Part shown: in pieces, positions 62,863 through 64,000 of the stretch
Numbering within the stretch: position 1 is the first letter of the stretch
Layout: every line of letters starts with the position of its first letter
Assembly: GCA_013265495.1 (NCBI GenBank)
Contig: MU058781.1
Coordinates: 600,963 to 664,962, forward strand
Length of the DNA: 64,000 nucleotides
Source of the DNA: Vicugna vicugna
Lineage: Eukaryota
Direction: 5' to 3'
The notes under the pieces: model-generated
What the model saw: only the letters and a program-made list of their open reading frames with translations
Told to the model about the DNA's origin: nothing
The model's database searches: none
Made by a program: the position numbers and the translations under genes

Positions 62863-64000
62863 AGCAGATCATTGGTGGCTGTTATCAGCAGCAGGAGTAG
62901 CAGCACGCCTTCACGTAACCCCTCAAAACAAGACCTATCATGGCCCAATTTAAATTTAATTTTAAGCCACTGCATATGTTGACCTCCTACTCAGTGTGAC
63001 AGGTACTGGGTGAAGAATTGAACCATCAGAAAGGTAGGTAGGGCTTCAAGATGAAGGATACAGCATCCCTACCTTTGCAGAGTTAAAGGCTAACTCTAAT
63101 AATTCAGGGACGTATGTGTGACAAGTGGAAGTTCAAGAACCCTGCCCTGGAGCAGCCCCGGGGAGGAGTGATGGGGCTGCTTCTGTATGCCCCTGAGTAT
63201 CTCCATCACCCCTCCTGTCTGAACCCTTCACAACAGTCCTTCTGCAGAAGCAGCAGGATAGCAAATTCCGAAGCATGATTGGTGTGCTAGAGCATCACCA
63301 CTTCCCTATGTCTGCCAGGCGTGGTCATGTGTGCCAGTCATGAGAAAACCATCCGTTGTACATTCTGGAGAAGAGCAAGACCATTACTTTGACTCAGGTC
63401 TTAAGGACATATCGCTCTGGCGTCGTCTCCGTATTTGTCACGATGCCCTGTTTCCCTCCCTGTCAGTCAGTGCTCCGGGACATCTGACGGGGGTCAGGCT
63501 GTGGGAAGATCAGGTTAGATTACTCTGCAGCTTACTGGCTGGGAGCTGCCTAACGGCCCCCTCCCCCCGGGCTCTGGTATGACGAGCTTTCTCTATAGCT
63601 TGAGGAGCTGACAGTCTGAAGCTGTTCCTCCAGCTACTGTCAAAGACTATAGAGGCTTCCACCCACTCACAGTATGGAGTTAATTTGCCTTCGTGACCTG
63701 TCAGCCTCTGGAGATCACCTAATGCCATCTCAGTTTTGACGCTGGATCCATGACTGACAGCTTCTCCAGGGCGGCTGGCTGCATCAGCTTCCTCTGCTCC
63801 TGACGAGCTTGAGGAAGATGGGTCCTGCTCCCACCATGGCTGTTTATGTCCAGAAGAGTCAATCACGTATAATTTAAAGACGAAGCAGCAGTTGTTAAAA
63901 TGATACCTTCTTCACATCATTTTGGGATAGCACAGTTGCTGGAAACCTAACAAAATGTTAAGTAATTCTTGTTTTTCTAATGGGGAGGGGAACACAGTGT

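Noticed and set aside
63510..63866. 118-aa minus-strand ORF with a Ser-rich stretch
   Set aside because: Non-ATG start, no recognised family and no clear splice context; cannot be supported as coding

Overview
AT-rich mammalian genomic DNA, very probably from a camelid (Camelus, Vicugna or Lama): it carries a vic-1-type tRNA-derived SINE at about 9.9 kb and camelid-type L1 3' ends at about 22.9 and 30.5 kb. I find no intact protein-coding gene. The listed ORFs are repeat-derived or chance. A large part of the window is recognisable interspersed repeat (L1, L2, L3/CR1, MIR, MaLR/ERVL/ERV1 LTRs, MER5/MER20). Main observations: (1) A CpG-island promoter at about 320-680, built on a 20-bp minisatellite of E2F/CGCG-type motifs, with splice donors facing both ways. 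(2) Directly downstream, a heavily decayed but collinear, nearly full-length ZMYM1-like hAT transposase (TTF zinc finger, DUF4371, catalytic core, hATC dimerisation motif) at about 725-5483, broken up by very old insertions. It is a candidate lost domesticated-transposase gene. (3) A camelid L1 with a probable 3' transduction and a 16-bp TSD. (4) Several old repeats turned into CpG-rich micro-islands by strongly AT-to-GC biased substitutions, as expected from gBGC at recombination hotspots. (5) A near-consensus CTCF motif inside an old L1 5' UTR. All repeat-family names and protein comparisons are by eye against consensus sequences recalled from memory, and boundaries are approximate unless a TSD is given.
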